Shown here: piece by piece, positions 39,695-52,009 of the stretch
How positions within the stretch are numbered: the first letter of the stretch is position 1
Layout of the letters: the number at the start of each line of letters is the position of its first letter
Assembly (NCBI GenBank): GCA_973895155.1
Contig: OZ316899.1
Location: 12,058,834-12,122,833, forward strand
Source of the DNA: Marsupella aquatica
Lineage: Eukaryota > Plantae > Marchantiophyta
Direction: 5' to 3'
Length of the DNA stretch: 64,000 nt
Made by a program: the position numbers and the translations under genes
Notes under the pieces: model-generated
What the model was told of the DNA's origin: nothing
The model's database searches: none
The model's input: only the letters and a program-made list of their open reading frames with translations

Positions 39695-42600
39695 ATGTCG
39701 AGGTCAATCTTTCTTACGCGTCCGTCTAATGGGGACCTTGTATCTATTCCATTGTCTACCAATGACATTTACAAGCAAGTTAGTGAGAATTATCTCTGTG
39801 GGCACTTTGGTTTGAATTTGAACGACATCGAGGACATTTTGGAGGAGGGAAATGGAGATGAAGCGTCTAATTTCACTGCTTCTTTTGATGTTGATGACGG
39901 GATTTGTTTTTGGCACCTGAATGCAGGATTGCGGTATTCTATTGTCATTCAAAAACTAGTAGCATCCGATCTCCCATCTTCATCCAAACCCTTTGTTGAT
40001 GTTGTCTTGCTTTCAAATAGCGACGATGATGGACCTTCTAGTTTGCCTGGGTCTAGTCCTAAACGCCCTCACACAGTTGTTAAACAGGAGGTTACCACTA
40101 TTTTTCCCAAAAATTCCATTGTGTATTGAAGAAGTGCAATGGATACCATTCTCAAGTAAATTGGTTCCAGTGAAATCTCAAGGTTCATCACGGCTAGGGA
40201 CTTTCGCCATGAGCAAGTGGACTGTTTGCCAAAGAAATACAATGGAAATATTGTATTCGAGTTGCCTCCTGTGACGAGAGCTCTTTCAAAGGGATCACGC
40301 CTACACGACATGGACCGGTTGAAGGATTGCTACATTTGAACCAGAATATTTCCTACATCAGCTAATGTCCATCCCAAGAAATATTGGGAATTAGGTAAAG
40401 TAACGTGCACTGGTTTCATTGAGTGTAGGAATAATACTTGCGACTATTTTTGACGGAAGAAGAGGAGGAACCAAAAGGCCTGGGCTGGAACCCCCAAACT
40501 GGGTGGGCAACATCGTGTTGGTTCCTTCATTGATGAAGGTGGAGTAGTTTGCCACTTTTGTGATCAAGTTCCGTTTTGTGTGGAAAGCTGTCCAGCAGGT
40601 TTATTTTACATGTACCCTCAGGTTCTAGTTGACTCAGAAACCGTTACTCATATGTCACGCTTGGCAATTCATATGGGGATCCACAACCATTCTTCAAGAA
40701 AGGTGTTTTCTAGGAGCGCAGAGAAGATTGTCGAGGAGGTTATCAAAAAGAAATTGGAAGGAAATCCAATTTTCACCCCAGTTGGTGTAAAAAATGTTGC
40801 GATAGGGTCCTTTGTAAAGTCCTTGTGTGAGGGTATGGAAGATATTCAGAATATTGAAGAAACAGAGATATTTGAGTCGCTCATGGTAGTTTCCACACCC
40901 CAGAAGTTTGCGTCCCTTTTTCGTAGTGTTAGACAGGACCAGAAAGGTTGAGGTGAACTAGATTTTCTTGTTTGGTATCAAAGAAATATCAACATGCCTT
41001 TCCTCCAAAGGTACCTCCTACCAGGTCAAGGATCTCAAGGAGATTGTCCTCACATATTCAAGATGACTTTGATCGGCCATGGATCAGGCGTCGATCTTTT
41101 GAGACAAATGCAACCTGGTGGGAGTCTGGAAGGTGTTTGGGTAAGTTTTGATGTGATGAAACAACTCACAAAAGACTGGGTTACTTTTAGTGCGCATATT
41201 TATGATCATAACTATCGCGCTCTGTGTACCTTATTCACCTGCAAACTAAAAGCAGAGGATACCAAGTCGTTCGAGAAGGCTTGGAGACTAATGATTGAGG
41301 CGTCCAAGGAGAATGGATTAGAAAATCCGATCATTCATGGATTCATGGCGAACAACGCTCAAGCTGGATGGCTGGCAGTCCGAAATGTCTTTTTTGGAGG
41401 GCATCCAAACCCAGAGCGTGAGCGAACTGACGCATTTCATTTCTACCAAGCCTTCCATCGCCATTCAGTTGAAGGAGTCATTGAAGAGAGTCAAGCAGAG
41501 CATTGCAGGCTTTGGGATAAGATGCAAAATGCCCCCACATTTGTAGAGGCTTACAGACTTTCAAGGGAGATTGATTTGTGGTGGCAATCGGGTAACTGCG
41601 TCCCTGGGAAGCTCCGGATGCTTCAGAGTTGGATTTCATGGTGGGTCGTCAGGTGGGGGGTATTTACAAACGACAGGAAACAGCAAACAGTAACAGGAAA
41701 TAGAAACTGGTAACAGGAAAATGAGTGGTAATTTTTTTAGAATTTTTTTAGAATTTTTTTAAGAATTTTTTTAGCTTTTTTTTGCCAAAAATATTTTTGT
41801 TTTCGGCAAAAATATTTTCGCCCGGCGGTGGTAATGCTAGCGCCCAAAGCTAGCCAAAAAATTGTTGTCGACAATTTTTTTTTGAAAAATATAATTTTTT
41901 AGGAAATATTTTTACATTGTCATTTTTCTGGTAACAGTAAATTTTTGCTGGTACCAGTAAACCTATTTACTATCATGCATGTCATACCCTCAAGTGGAGG
42001 CAATGGGAAAATTTTATTCGTTTGGTAAGTTTTATTTTCCTTTCCATTCTTTAAGTGTTGCTTTGCTATATTCTCATTACAGAATGATTGTATCGATAGT
42101 GTAAACTTCAAATATTACAATACCATAGCATCCTTTAATACTAGCGCCTGGCGCTATCATTTATTTGAACTGTTAGATGACACAATAGGACACAATAAAT
42201 TGTCCCTTAATCTACATTGCCAGTTTTTACTTCTAGGTACCGACTCCACTTCTCTAGCGCCCGACGCTAGTGTTTTCTTGTTGCGTAACAAGCAATTTAT
42301 TCTATGTAATTGTAGAACAAGAGTGTCGAAGAAGGGGCTAAGATTCCTAATTGTACAGGATCAGAGTCCGTGCACGCAGGTATGAAAGCATGGGTAATGA
42401 AGAAAAAGGTTGGGCTCTTTGAGGCATGTGAAATGGACCAAAATCGAGCTATTTCTCAGGTTGCTGCTTACACTGCGTATCGAAAAGGGTTGAATAGAGG
42501 AAAAGGTCCAACAATTTGGGAATTGGCTTTCCGATCAGCGGACCAGGCAGGCTCCCCCAAGTTGTTTGAAGATGCAATGAATATGCTACTGTCCAACGCT

Positions 42601-43841
42601 GCCGAGTTTGACTTGGAGAGACGGGCACCTCTCAATGGAGACGTTGTCACCAAATCTTTGAAGAGGAAAGGACATGCATCTGGGAATATCTCACCACAAG
42701 ACCCCCATAGGCATGATAAAATCCTTGTCACCTCGCCAAATACCAGATCAATGAAAAGGAAGAATCTTAATCGCATGACGTTTGATGCTATCCCTGGCCC
42801 CACGCCTCAAGTTATCTCTATTGTTAATCTGTCTGGAAGTGACATTTTGGGCGGTGGAGAAGATGTCGATTTCAATACCCCTCCTGCTTGAGACCGAACG
42901 CGTTCAACAAGGCTTCCCAGACTGCTCCCTCTGTGCTTCAGCAACCGTTACAAGAGTGTCCTATCCGCAAGACCAAGGTTGCTCCAGCTGCATGGCAATT
43001 ACGTCAAACTTCAAAATTTGGCGCTGGTCCTCAGTGCAACGGATTGTTTTCCCGTAATTCTGAAAGAGACGAGTGTCCCAATCATGTGAAAAAAGTAGGA
43101 TTTCCCTCACCAAATGGTGTTATCGGCATTGTTGTCAAAGGGCAACGCATTTTCAGGGGGGAACCCATAACCAAAATGATTTGGTTTTTCCCAAACAATA
43201 CATGTTACAGAAGCCGCCCGCGTCGAGGTGTATTGAACCTGCCCCCTTTCCCTGATGTTCTTCCCATTTTAAAAGGCACAAATGTTTTGGAAGACGAGAT
43301 GCATTATCTTCTTGAGAACAGAATCTCCCTAGTCCGCGGAAATGAACGTACTACTAGACCCCCGTCAGATTTTGATCTTTGAATCAATGTCAATATCTTT
43401 CCAGAAAATGTGAATCTTCTTGAACCCAGTGTTTGTCTCCAAAGCCGGAATGGGAGGAATACGGTCCCTCGGTCAACTCTTACCCAGGGTCACATGAACA
43501 GAATTGTGTCTGCAAAAAAAGAGACGATGTCCATTCAGGGAGAGTGGGATGTTGCGATTGGGAATGCATGGGGAAAGCAGTTTAAGGTGCAAACGCACAA
43601 AAATATGCGGACGCCAAGTTGTTACTTTGTCCAAATTTGCATTTTCCCAACTTGCTCTTGTGAGGATTTCTACCGGCGACATTCTCGGAAACATCCATAT
43701 ATGTCTTGCAAACATTTGTATTGGATTTTCCTTACCGTTTTCAAACTAGACGTTGAGGAATCTACATTGACCAGCCAACCAATTCTCACTGTTGGAGAGG
43801 TTCGACTCATATTAGAGAGGCAAAATGCTCATGGTTTATAG
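39695..43841 (+). pseudogene. Mutator-like transposase copy 2 (interrupted by MITE)
   Basis: Motifs VSFDVMK; FMANNAQAG; TDAFHFYQ; GSESVHAGMK; CSCEDF..SCKHLYW. Intron 42025-42315 lies at the same position as in copy 1. Confidence 0.85.
41657..41991 (+). mobile_element. Non-autonomous derivative (MITE-like, 335 bp) of the same family
   Basis: Ends GGGGTATTTACAAA...ATACCCTC. TSD AGGTGG/AAGTGG. Removal restores VVRW|RQW of the transposase. Has subterminal repeats and one palindrome. Confidence 0.88.
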
Positions 43842-44815
43842 TTTGAATCATGATGATCTAGGTTGTCCTATTGGTCCAAACGGTTATATTGATTTTGTCA
43901 TATGTCAACGGTATAGTGTCATGTATGTCGCATCATGTTTTTGTTAGCGTTAGGCGCTGATAATTTTGTCGTTTAGGGTACACCATTATTATCATTGTGT
44001 TGTGCTTGATGTTGTCAACGCCAATTATTTATTTCCTTAAATACCGGTAAGCTAGCGCCAGGTGCTAGTCAAGACGTTGTTCGCTTTTATTTTGGACCAT
44101 ATAATATGATAAAGTTTTGTGCTGCGTTCATTTTGTTTTATTTTCATATGTTTTGTTACCGATTGTGGTGGGACCTACCATTTTTGTGCGCATTCCTTGA
44201 CATTTTTATGTATGCACCCTTTCTCTGTTTTGGGATATTGTCACTATACCTTCCCAACTCCCATGATAGATAGAGAGTACATTTTTGTTGCTAATATGTT
44301 GGAACAAAATTGGCTGTTTGATCCCTTACCAGTTACACCTGACTATTCTCATCTAGAAAAGGAGGAAGAAATAGATTTGACCGTAGCAACAAAACCTCCT
44401 GTTTCTTTGGCTTGTGATGTTCTACCTGTAGAAGATGAATCGGAAGAAGAGGAGGATCCGAGTACAGAGGTATTCAGATGGAAGTTGTTCAGAACTTATC
44501 TGAGCCACTAGTTCCCAGGAAGAAGGAACTGAAGGGCTCTCATTTAGATACCCTGAGCCCGGCACCAGTTTCTCTCAAGAAGCTTAAATGCTCATCCCAC
44601 TTACTCCAATTCCGGAAGCTCAAGAAGGGATTCCCTCTGCCTTTGTAGGAAGTCTATGCTCACACTTGCTGCTCTTTGTATCGTTTCTTCTATGAGTGGC
44701 ACTACTCTATTTTGGGCTCCTACATACTCAAGAAACCTTTTGGGGGTTTGTTTTCAGTAAAATTTTCTTTCTGGTTTCCCTTCACCCTTACTTTATCAAT
44801 AAGGGAAACCAGAAA

Positions 44816-47800
44816 GGGAGGGACACAGAGAATGCTCCTCACTCACGTAAACTAGCGCTAAGTGCGCTTACTATTATGTACAGACACCTCCTAGGTATAG
44901 TTTGTGTTCCGCCGCCGGAACATACCTTAGTCGACACGTGGTTGACCCCGGCTCACGGACTTCTAAGCCTTCGTGTTACCGCCTTCGATCCGGATCCATT
45001 AGAACAAGGGCTCAACCCGGGCTTGCAACCCTGTACCCGTATCCGGCACCCTGTGCACGGTTGGCATAACGTGTTCGGCCCGGCGTTGATACTTGCACAC
45101 GAGACTCATACATGCATTCATACATAACAGAAATCTTGATTTACACGAAGGAATTAAGGAGAAAGGATTTCATTCATTTATGATCATACACTTTACGATT
45201 GGTTCATCCAACACCTCATGAACGAATGGGCCCAAGGCCGAGGAGTATACACTACAACGGAGCCCGGCTCCGCACTCGCCCAGCAAGCTTAGTCGTATAC
45301 CCTCCCCTTGGCACTCCGGTACTTCACCGAGTTCAGGACTCCCCGCGCATACTGCGAATGGCCAACCTTTGAGTCTAAAATCCCCCTCCCCTTGCCTCTA
45401 CTGGGGGGCCGCTAAATACTAAGGGCTGAGGACCGGCCTGGCCTCGTGCCCAAATCTACGCTAACTTATATCCTTGCTAAGTTGGTGCCTGCTTGTCCTA
45501 TTAGTCTAACCTATTCTACACAGGCTGGCTAATGTGTCAGCGCCGCTATCTTCTGGCCGGCACTTGTCCTACCAGCCTGTTTTAGCTACTCCTAAGTCTA
45601 TTCTAAGCCTAAGCCTCCGCTAATGTCTGGTGCACTTGCCAAAGCCGTGCGAGTGGGAGCGACCATCCCGCTGCCTACGGAGTCTGTCGTTGTCCGCCTT
45701 GAGGAGTTGGACTTGAGTGATCGCCCTCGGGTAGCCCAAAGATCATCCTGAGCCGCTCCTCTATGAGGGACATATTCCTCCCCCGCAACCAAGTATGCTG
45801 ACGAACATCGTCATAATTCTTGACAAACTCCGTCATGTCCTCCCTGTAGTATCTACAGGTGTTCCAGGGGAGAGAGGCAAGGTGCTCGAACCCCTGAGTC
45901 TTCAAGTACATTGCATGTTTGGGGTGGAGGATGTTCTTATGCATGTTTTCTTCCATGCGGTGCATTGTTACCTTGGCCGCAGCTACCGTGGCCATGGGTA
46001 GCCCAGAGACAGCTGCGGGTTCCTTCCTCTTCTTTCCCATGATTTTTGCCATGCGGTAGCACTCGACTTCGTCCGACAGGTTCGGGTGTTCCACCACATC
46101 CACCAGCTTCACCCATTCTGTGGTATCATCTTGCCATTCTACAGCAATCATTTGTACGACGACATCGTTAGTATCAGGACATCCCAGGGCCGGCCTGGCC
46201 GCGCTTGCTCGGGCAGCGATCACCAATGGGCAATTGGCCGTGGAGTGGGCCTCAGTTTTGCAAACTTGACATAGTGGAGTGCCCCGGCCATCTCCCTGCC
46301 GTCTTGGCTCGGTGCATTCCCTGGCAAAGTGACCCGGCTTCTCACAGTTGTAACAAACCGGGGATCGCCAAATCCCGGGTTTAGGAGGAATGCTCGGGTT
46401 ACTGATAACCTGGACATTCCTGCCATTGTTTGGGTAAGGGTAAGCCGTTCTACCAGCTAAGTTGCATGGACCCATCGTGGAAATCTGGTAGACAGAATCT
46501 GTGGCATCTTCAAAGAAGTACTCGATGGACTCCGGTTCTGGCCCCGGGCTGTCAGCGTCCTCCAATTCCACCTGATGGACCTATTCTTCCATCACGGGCA
46601 TTCTTGCACCACGTGCCCGGATTGGAAACACTTGGAGCACCATGCGTGTGCTCGGGTCTCGGAAAGTTTCTTTTTCTCCACGGGCTTGTTCGCAAGGTGT
46701 ACCGACAATGCTTTGAGACGATCCATAATTTCATTGAGCTTGTCTGCTTCAGCGGCCTTTGGATCGGGAATCGTTCGTCGAACATGAGGCTTGACCTTCT
46801 CTTCCTTCTTAGCTCACCTCTTCTTCTTCTTGCTCTGGCTCTCGCTCTTCGAATCACTTCCCGATGAGTTGGAAGTGGAGGATCCGCTGGTCAAAGTCAA
46901 ATCCAAACTAGATTCTGTCTCCAAACTAGATGAGGTCGAACGATGTTTCTTCTTCTTCTTGCGTTTCTTCTTCTTCTTGTCGTCCGATTTGGAGTCACTC
47001 TCACTGAAGGTTTCGTATTTTCCCTTCTGTCGGCGTGCCCGTTGACTTTGCCAAGAGTTATAAGTGGATTCCCGGTAGGTTTCGGCGCACGCTATGGCTG
47101 CTTGCATTGAATTCGGGTTATTTTGGCGCACCCAAAATTGCATATTCATGGGCAAACCGTAGAGAAACCACGTAAGCTGAAGCGCATCCCCTGGCCTTGG
47201 CCGGATCTTGGAGGCAAGTTTCTGAAACTTCTGAATGAACTTTTGCAAGGATTCCTTCTTTCCCATGCAAAGCTGGCCAATCTTTAATAAAGACCGCTGT
47301 TCCGATCCAATGGCACAAAACTCTTGCAGCAACGCAGCTTGGAATTGTGCCCATGTGGTCCCGTGTGGCAGCGAGTTGTACCATGGACGAGCCTCTCCCC
47401 GCATCACACCGGGGAGGATGGTTAGCTTAATGGCATCTTCCCCATTGGCCTTAGCAGTGGCTTCAAATTCATCCAACCATTCATCCGGATCGTCCCCATG
47501 ACACCCTTTGAAAGGTCGATAATGAAACCGTGACCATTGCGATACTTGTGGGGGAACTTGGGCAGCGCGGCCCATAGCCGGTGGGGCTGCTGCCATTGGT
47601 ACTGCTAGCCGTGGCGCAGCAGGGCCGGAGCAGGACCGGCTGATCCGGACCCCGAAGGCCCCGATGGTATGTTCATTTGTCGAGGCGATAGCAAATCCTC
47701 CGAGCTTGAGGATTCGGAGCTTGTTGTGGCCGCACTCTCTCGTTCGCTGGTCAATTTTCTCAAGTAAGTGGCTTGAGATCGGGTGACGGGCATCTACTCG

Positions 47801-50800
47801 TATAATGACAATGGTTAGTAACAAACTGGGGACTGGTGTACCTCTCCCTAGTGCATTTGCACATGTCTCCCCTCTACTACACGTAGAGTGCCCCCTCCAT
47901 CTAGCGCCAAAACAAAGGCTATGTCACGTCGTCAGCCTAGGCCTTAACCCGGGCTTTGGCTTAGACAGGCACATCCTTCGTAAATATGAGGGTTCGGGCA
48001 GGGAGGGACGCACAAAATGCTCCTAACTCACGTAAACTAGCGCTAAGTGCGCTTACTGTTATGTACAGACACCTCCTAGGTATAGTTTGTGTTCAACTGC
48101 CGGAACGTACCTTAGTTGACACGGGGTCAACCCTGGCTCACGGACTTCTAAGCCTTCGTGTTACCGCCTTCAATCCGGATCCATTAGTACAAGGGCTCAA
48201 CCCGGGCTCGCAACCCCGTACTTGTATCCGGCACCCCGTGCACGGTTGGCATAATGTGTTCGGCCTGACGTTGATACTTGCACACAAGACTCATACATGC
48301 ATTCATACATAACAAAAATCTTGATTTACACGAAGGAATTAAGGAGAAAGGATTTCATTCATTTATGATCATACACTTTACGATTGGTTGACCCGACACC
48401 TCGTGAACGAACGGGCCCAAGGCCGAGGAGTATACACTACAACGGAGCCCGGCTCCACACTCGCCTAGCAAGCTTAGTCGTATACCCTCCCCTTGGCACT
48501 CCGGTACTTCACCAAGTTCGGGACTCCCCGCGCGTACTGCGAATGGCCAACCTCTGAGTCTAAAATCCCCCTCCCCTTGCCTCTACTGGGGGCCCGCTAA
48601 ATACTAAGGGCTGAGGACCGGCCTGGCCTCGTGCCCAAATCTATGCTAACTTATATCCTTGCTAAGCTGGTGCTTGCTTGTCCTATTAGTCTAACCTATT
48701 CTACACAGGTTGGCTAATGTGTCATCGCCGCTATCTTCTGGCCGGCACTTGTCCTACCAGCCTGTTTTAGCTACTCCTAAGTCTATTCTAAGCCTTACCC
48801 TTCGCTAATGTCTGGTGCGCTTGCCAGAGCCGTCCGAGTGGGAGTGGCCATCTCGCTACCTACGGAGTCTGTCGTTGTCCGCCTTGAGGAGCTGGACTTG
48901 GTCCAGCAGAGATTTGTTTTCTCGCTTCGCCGTGTTTGTCTCCTCAGCTGCCTCTTCCAGTTGTTGGGCGTTGCTCGTCAGCTTGTCCACCACCTGGGTC
49001 TGTTTCTTGGCTTTGGGTTGAATCCGTGCCACTTCGGCCTGCAGGGTGGCAATCTTCGCAGTGTCACGTTGGGCCCCCTCTTCGGCCTCCTCTAGGTCTT
49101 TGTGCCAGATGACAATTTGGTTCTTCAAACTGTCAACCTGGGTCCGGAGCCGTGAAATCTCAGCCTCCTTCCCGGCTACCTTTCAAGCCATGAACTCCCA
49201 GGTATCCCGGGCTATCTGTTGGGAGAAATCTCCCAAAAGCCCATTTAGAAATGTACCCGGTATGAAGAGTTCCGGGTGGTCCAGGTTATGCCCGTCTAGA
49301 GTTGGGCACGGGCAGACGTTAACTCGTGTGGGAGCCGGGGTAGTGACATCCAGCCCTGGGGATGTAGTGTTGGAAGGGGTTGGAGTGTCCTCCTCCACCA
49401 TCGGGCTCTCCTCTGGAATAGCCACTGGTGGGTCTTCTGGACCCTCGGGCTCGGGCAAGGCCTCCACCGCCCCGACTTCTGCACCAGGCCCGGCCTGGTT
49501 GATTGCGTCTAAGGTTGCGATCACTGCCTCTTCCGGTACTTCTTCGGCCATGGCTACCGCTACCTGTGGAGGTTGGATGGGTGAGGCCTGCGTCGCCGCC
49601 AGACTTTGGGCCTCGGGTTGAGGCCGTCTCTCCAAGGCCGGGAAGATCCACTTAGTCGGGACCAACTTAGTTACGTTGACCCGCGGAAGGGTTTGTCGAT
49701 CAAACCGGGCGTACCACTCAATAATGATCTCGATGTGGCTCGCAAAATACGCCTTCCCGCCGATGTATAGCGACTTCCTTCGCCGCTCCATCTCTTCATG
49801 GAACTTCTTAGCAAAGTACAAAGCCCACTTCCTAGGTCGATAGTTCTTGACCTGGATAACCTGGGCAGCGGAGATCTTGCCCCGGGGTTCCATCATGTGG
49901 AGGGCGTACCTCTAGAACTCCAGCCGCTCAGCTATCTCGGGGATGAGGCAGGTCCTCATCACAAACCCGTTGTCCACTGACCCCTCAGAGGGAAAACTCG
50001 AGGATTGGTACTTGGCTCCCTTGCCCCCGAGAGCCCGTGATTCAACTCGGTGATTGCCCTCGAGTAGCCTGAAGATCATCTTGAGCCGCTCCTCTGTGAG
50101 GGACATATTCCTCCCCCGCAGCCGAGTATGCGGATAGACGTCGTCATAATTCTTGACGAACTCCGTCATGTCCTTCCCGTAGTATCTGCAGGTGTTCCAG
50201 GGGAGAGAGACAAGGTGCTCAAACCCCTGAGTCTTCAAGTACATTGCATGTTTGGGGTGGAGGATGTTCTTATGCATGTTTTCTTCCATGCGGTGCATTG
50301 TTACCTTGGCCGCAGCTACCGTGGCCATGGGTAGCCCAGAGACAGCTGCGGGTTCCTTCCTCTTCTTTCCCTGAGATTGGCTCTCGTGATGGCTCTGGGA
50401 GGGTGACACCTCCCCATCCTCCCGATCGGGTATGGGTAGTGCCACCGCCGTTAGTATTAGGGCCGGGGAGGCTACATTCACCGTCTTATCCGCTGGAGCC
50501 GCTACTTGGGTCCGGGCCTGGGGAAGGGGCGATGTAGTGCCGGCTCCCTGGGTGCTTGCTCCTCTAGGCCGCCTGAGCAAGGGTAAGGTATCATCTTCAT
50601 CGTTGCTGAGGTCCACAGCGTTGACAACGGAGCGTACTTGTACTGGCGGGGCGACCGGCGGTGGGGATCGGCTAGGTTGAGGTTGAGGTTGAGGCTGAGG
50701 CTGAGGCTGAGCCTAAGCCTGGACTGGTGCGGGTACGGGCATGGCTGGGCTGGCACCGGTGGTCGATGGTGTAGTTGTCATGAAATTTTGTAGGTGTTGG

Positions 50801-51697
50801 TAGAGGTTTTCTGATGCAACTATAGACACCCTTGTAGATCGGGTAGCGCTGGATTCGCTGTTGATGATGTCCCGGACCCGAGCGGGGATGTGGTCAAAGT
50901 GGTGCCGCTGTAAGTTGATCGTGCCTGGGATATTGAAGACCTCGTCCGGGAGCCAAATCAATGCCTCCCTGAAGCCGATATATTTGCCTTCGTTGAAGAA
51001 GTACCCTGATATTTCTTTGGGTCGGTAAAGCTTGCTCTGGGACGGGTAATCAAAGTTAAGGAGATAGTGATGGCGGCCTGCTAGGCGGATGGCTCTCTCG
51101 TACTTGCGTTTGATCTCATATCGTCGGGGGTTGGCGTGTTTCAATGAGTCGGCCAAGTGCCCTCCGATAGACAAGAACTGTGTCCAGAATCGTATGGCCA
51201 AACTGGAAAGGATTGTATGCGACATCCAGAGGAGATGGAAGGCGACTAAGGATAAGCGAGAGAACTAGGGTTGAAGCTGGCACGTGGACTGAAGAACTGG
51301 TGCACTGCAAAGGATCGGCCCCCTTTTTATACCCTGAGAGCTCGTCAATCGCCCGTCGCCTCCTCATCGCTTATAGGCTGGCCTTTTACACTTGCAGTGT
51401 ACCGGCCACTCCGCCAGTCCGGGTTAGCGCATGTTAGTGGCCGCCTCTTGAAGTTTGTTATACGGACCCGAGGGGGAAAGGGGAGGGCCCATTACACGCT
51501 TGCAACCCAGGTGTGCGAATGGCGACCCGCCGCCAGCCCGAACACGAACGCCCCTTATTGACTAATGATTTCCTACTCATAATGGCTACCTAAATACTGT
51601 CATTATGCTAATAATTATGGCCTAAGATACCTCTACTGCGCGTGCTAAGCGTGGTTAGGCCGAATCATTTATTAGCCATCATACCGGCAACGTCACA
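44816..51697 (-). mobile_element. Gypsy element D2 (5' LTR + gag + deleted 3' LTR remnant), inserted in the 3' LTR of D1
   Basis: 5' LTR 51697-47922; PBS TGGCGCTAGATGGAGGGG ~47891-47908; gag 47780-46040. 44816-46036 repeats pieces of 47998-48900 and ~50050-50370. Confidence 0.85.
47922..51697 (-). repeat. 5' LTR of D2 (3776 bp) containing an ORF (51225-~48790)
   Basis: Minus strand TGTGACG...CGTGACA. Colinear with 58324-62281. Confidence 0.82.
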
Positions 51698-51945
51698 CAC
51701 TTCCTAGGTATGATTTGTGTTTCGCTGCTGGAACATACCTTAGTTGATAGCGGGATCGACCCCGGCTTATGGGCTTCTAAGCCTTCGTACTATCCGCCTT
51801 TGATCCGGATCCGATGATACGGGCATTCAACCCGGACTTGCAGCCACTCCTCCGTGACTTGCACCCCGTGCACGGCTCGGGTAGTGCGCTCGGCCAAGCA
51901 TTGGCACCCATACACGAGATTCATACATGAACACACACACAAGCA

Positions 51946-52009
51946 TACAATCTTGGTTTTAGGGTGCCTACAATCTTGGTTTTAGGGTGCATACAATCTT
52001 GGTTTTAGG
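51946..52009 (+). repeat. 23-bp tandem repeat x~3
   Basis: TACAATCTTGGTTTTAGGGTGC(C/A), absent as a repeat from the cognate 5' LTR (58720). Confidence 0.9.

Larger units (their letters stand above)
33359..44067. repeat. Dispersed 15-bp palindrome, ~19 copies in copy 2 (plus 1 in the nested MITE)
   Basis: Starts at 33359, 33411, 33470, 33785, 34588, 34732, 35876, 36659, 36730, 37892, 39046, 39200, 39303, 39367, 39431, 42142, 42255, 43945 and 44053. MITE copy at 41838. Confidence 0.9.
33202..44253 (+). mobile_element. Mutator-like DNA transposon copy 2 (diverged subfamily); right end at 44121 or 44253
   Basis: Left end GAGGTCTTTACAAAAG with subterminal repeats. Same two-gene divergent layout and intron positions as copy 1. 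The left flank CTGCGT recurs at 44122-44127, while a family-like end GTCACTATACCTTC ends at 44253. Confidence 0.82.

Noticed and set aside
44122-44253. A single definite right end for transposon copy 2
   Set aside because: The exact TSD match (44122) and the terminus-like motif (44253) disagree, so it is left unresolved.
44852-44870. TAGCGCTAAGTGCG in D LTRs and TAGCGCCAA at 47902 as extra palindromes
   Set aside because: These are half-site matches only, and the latter is the reverse complement of the PBS.
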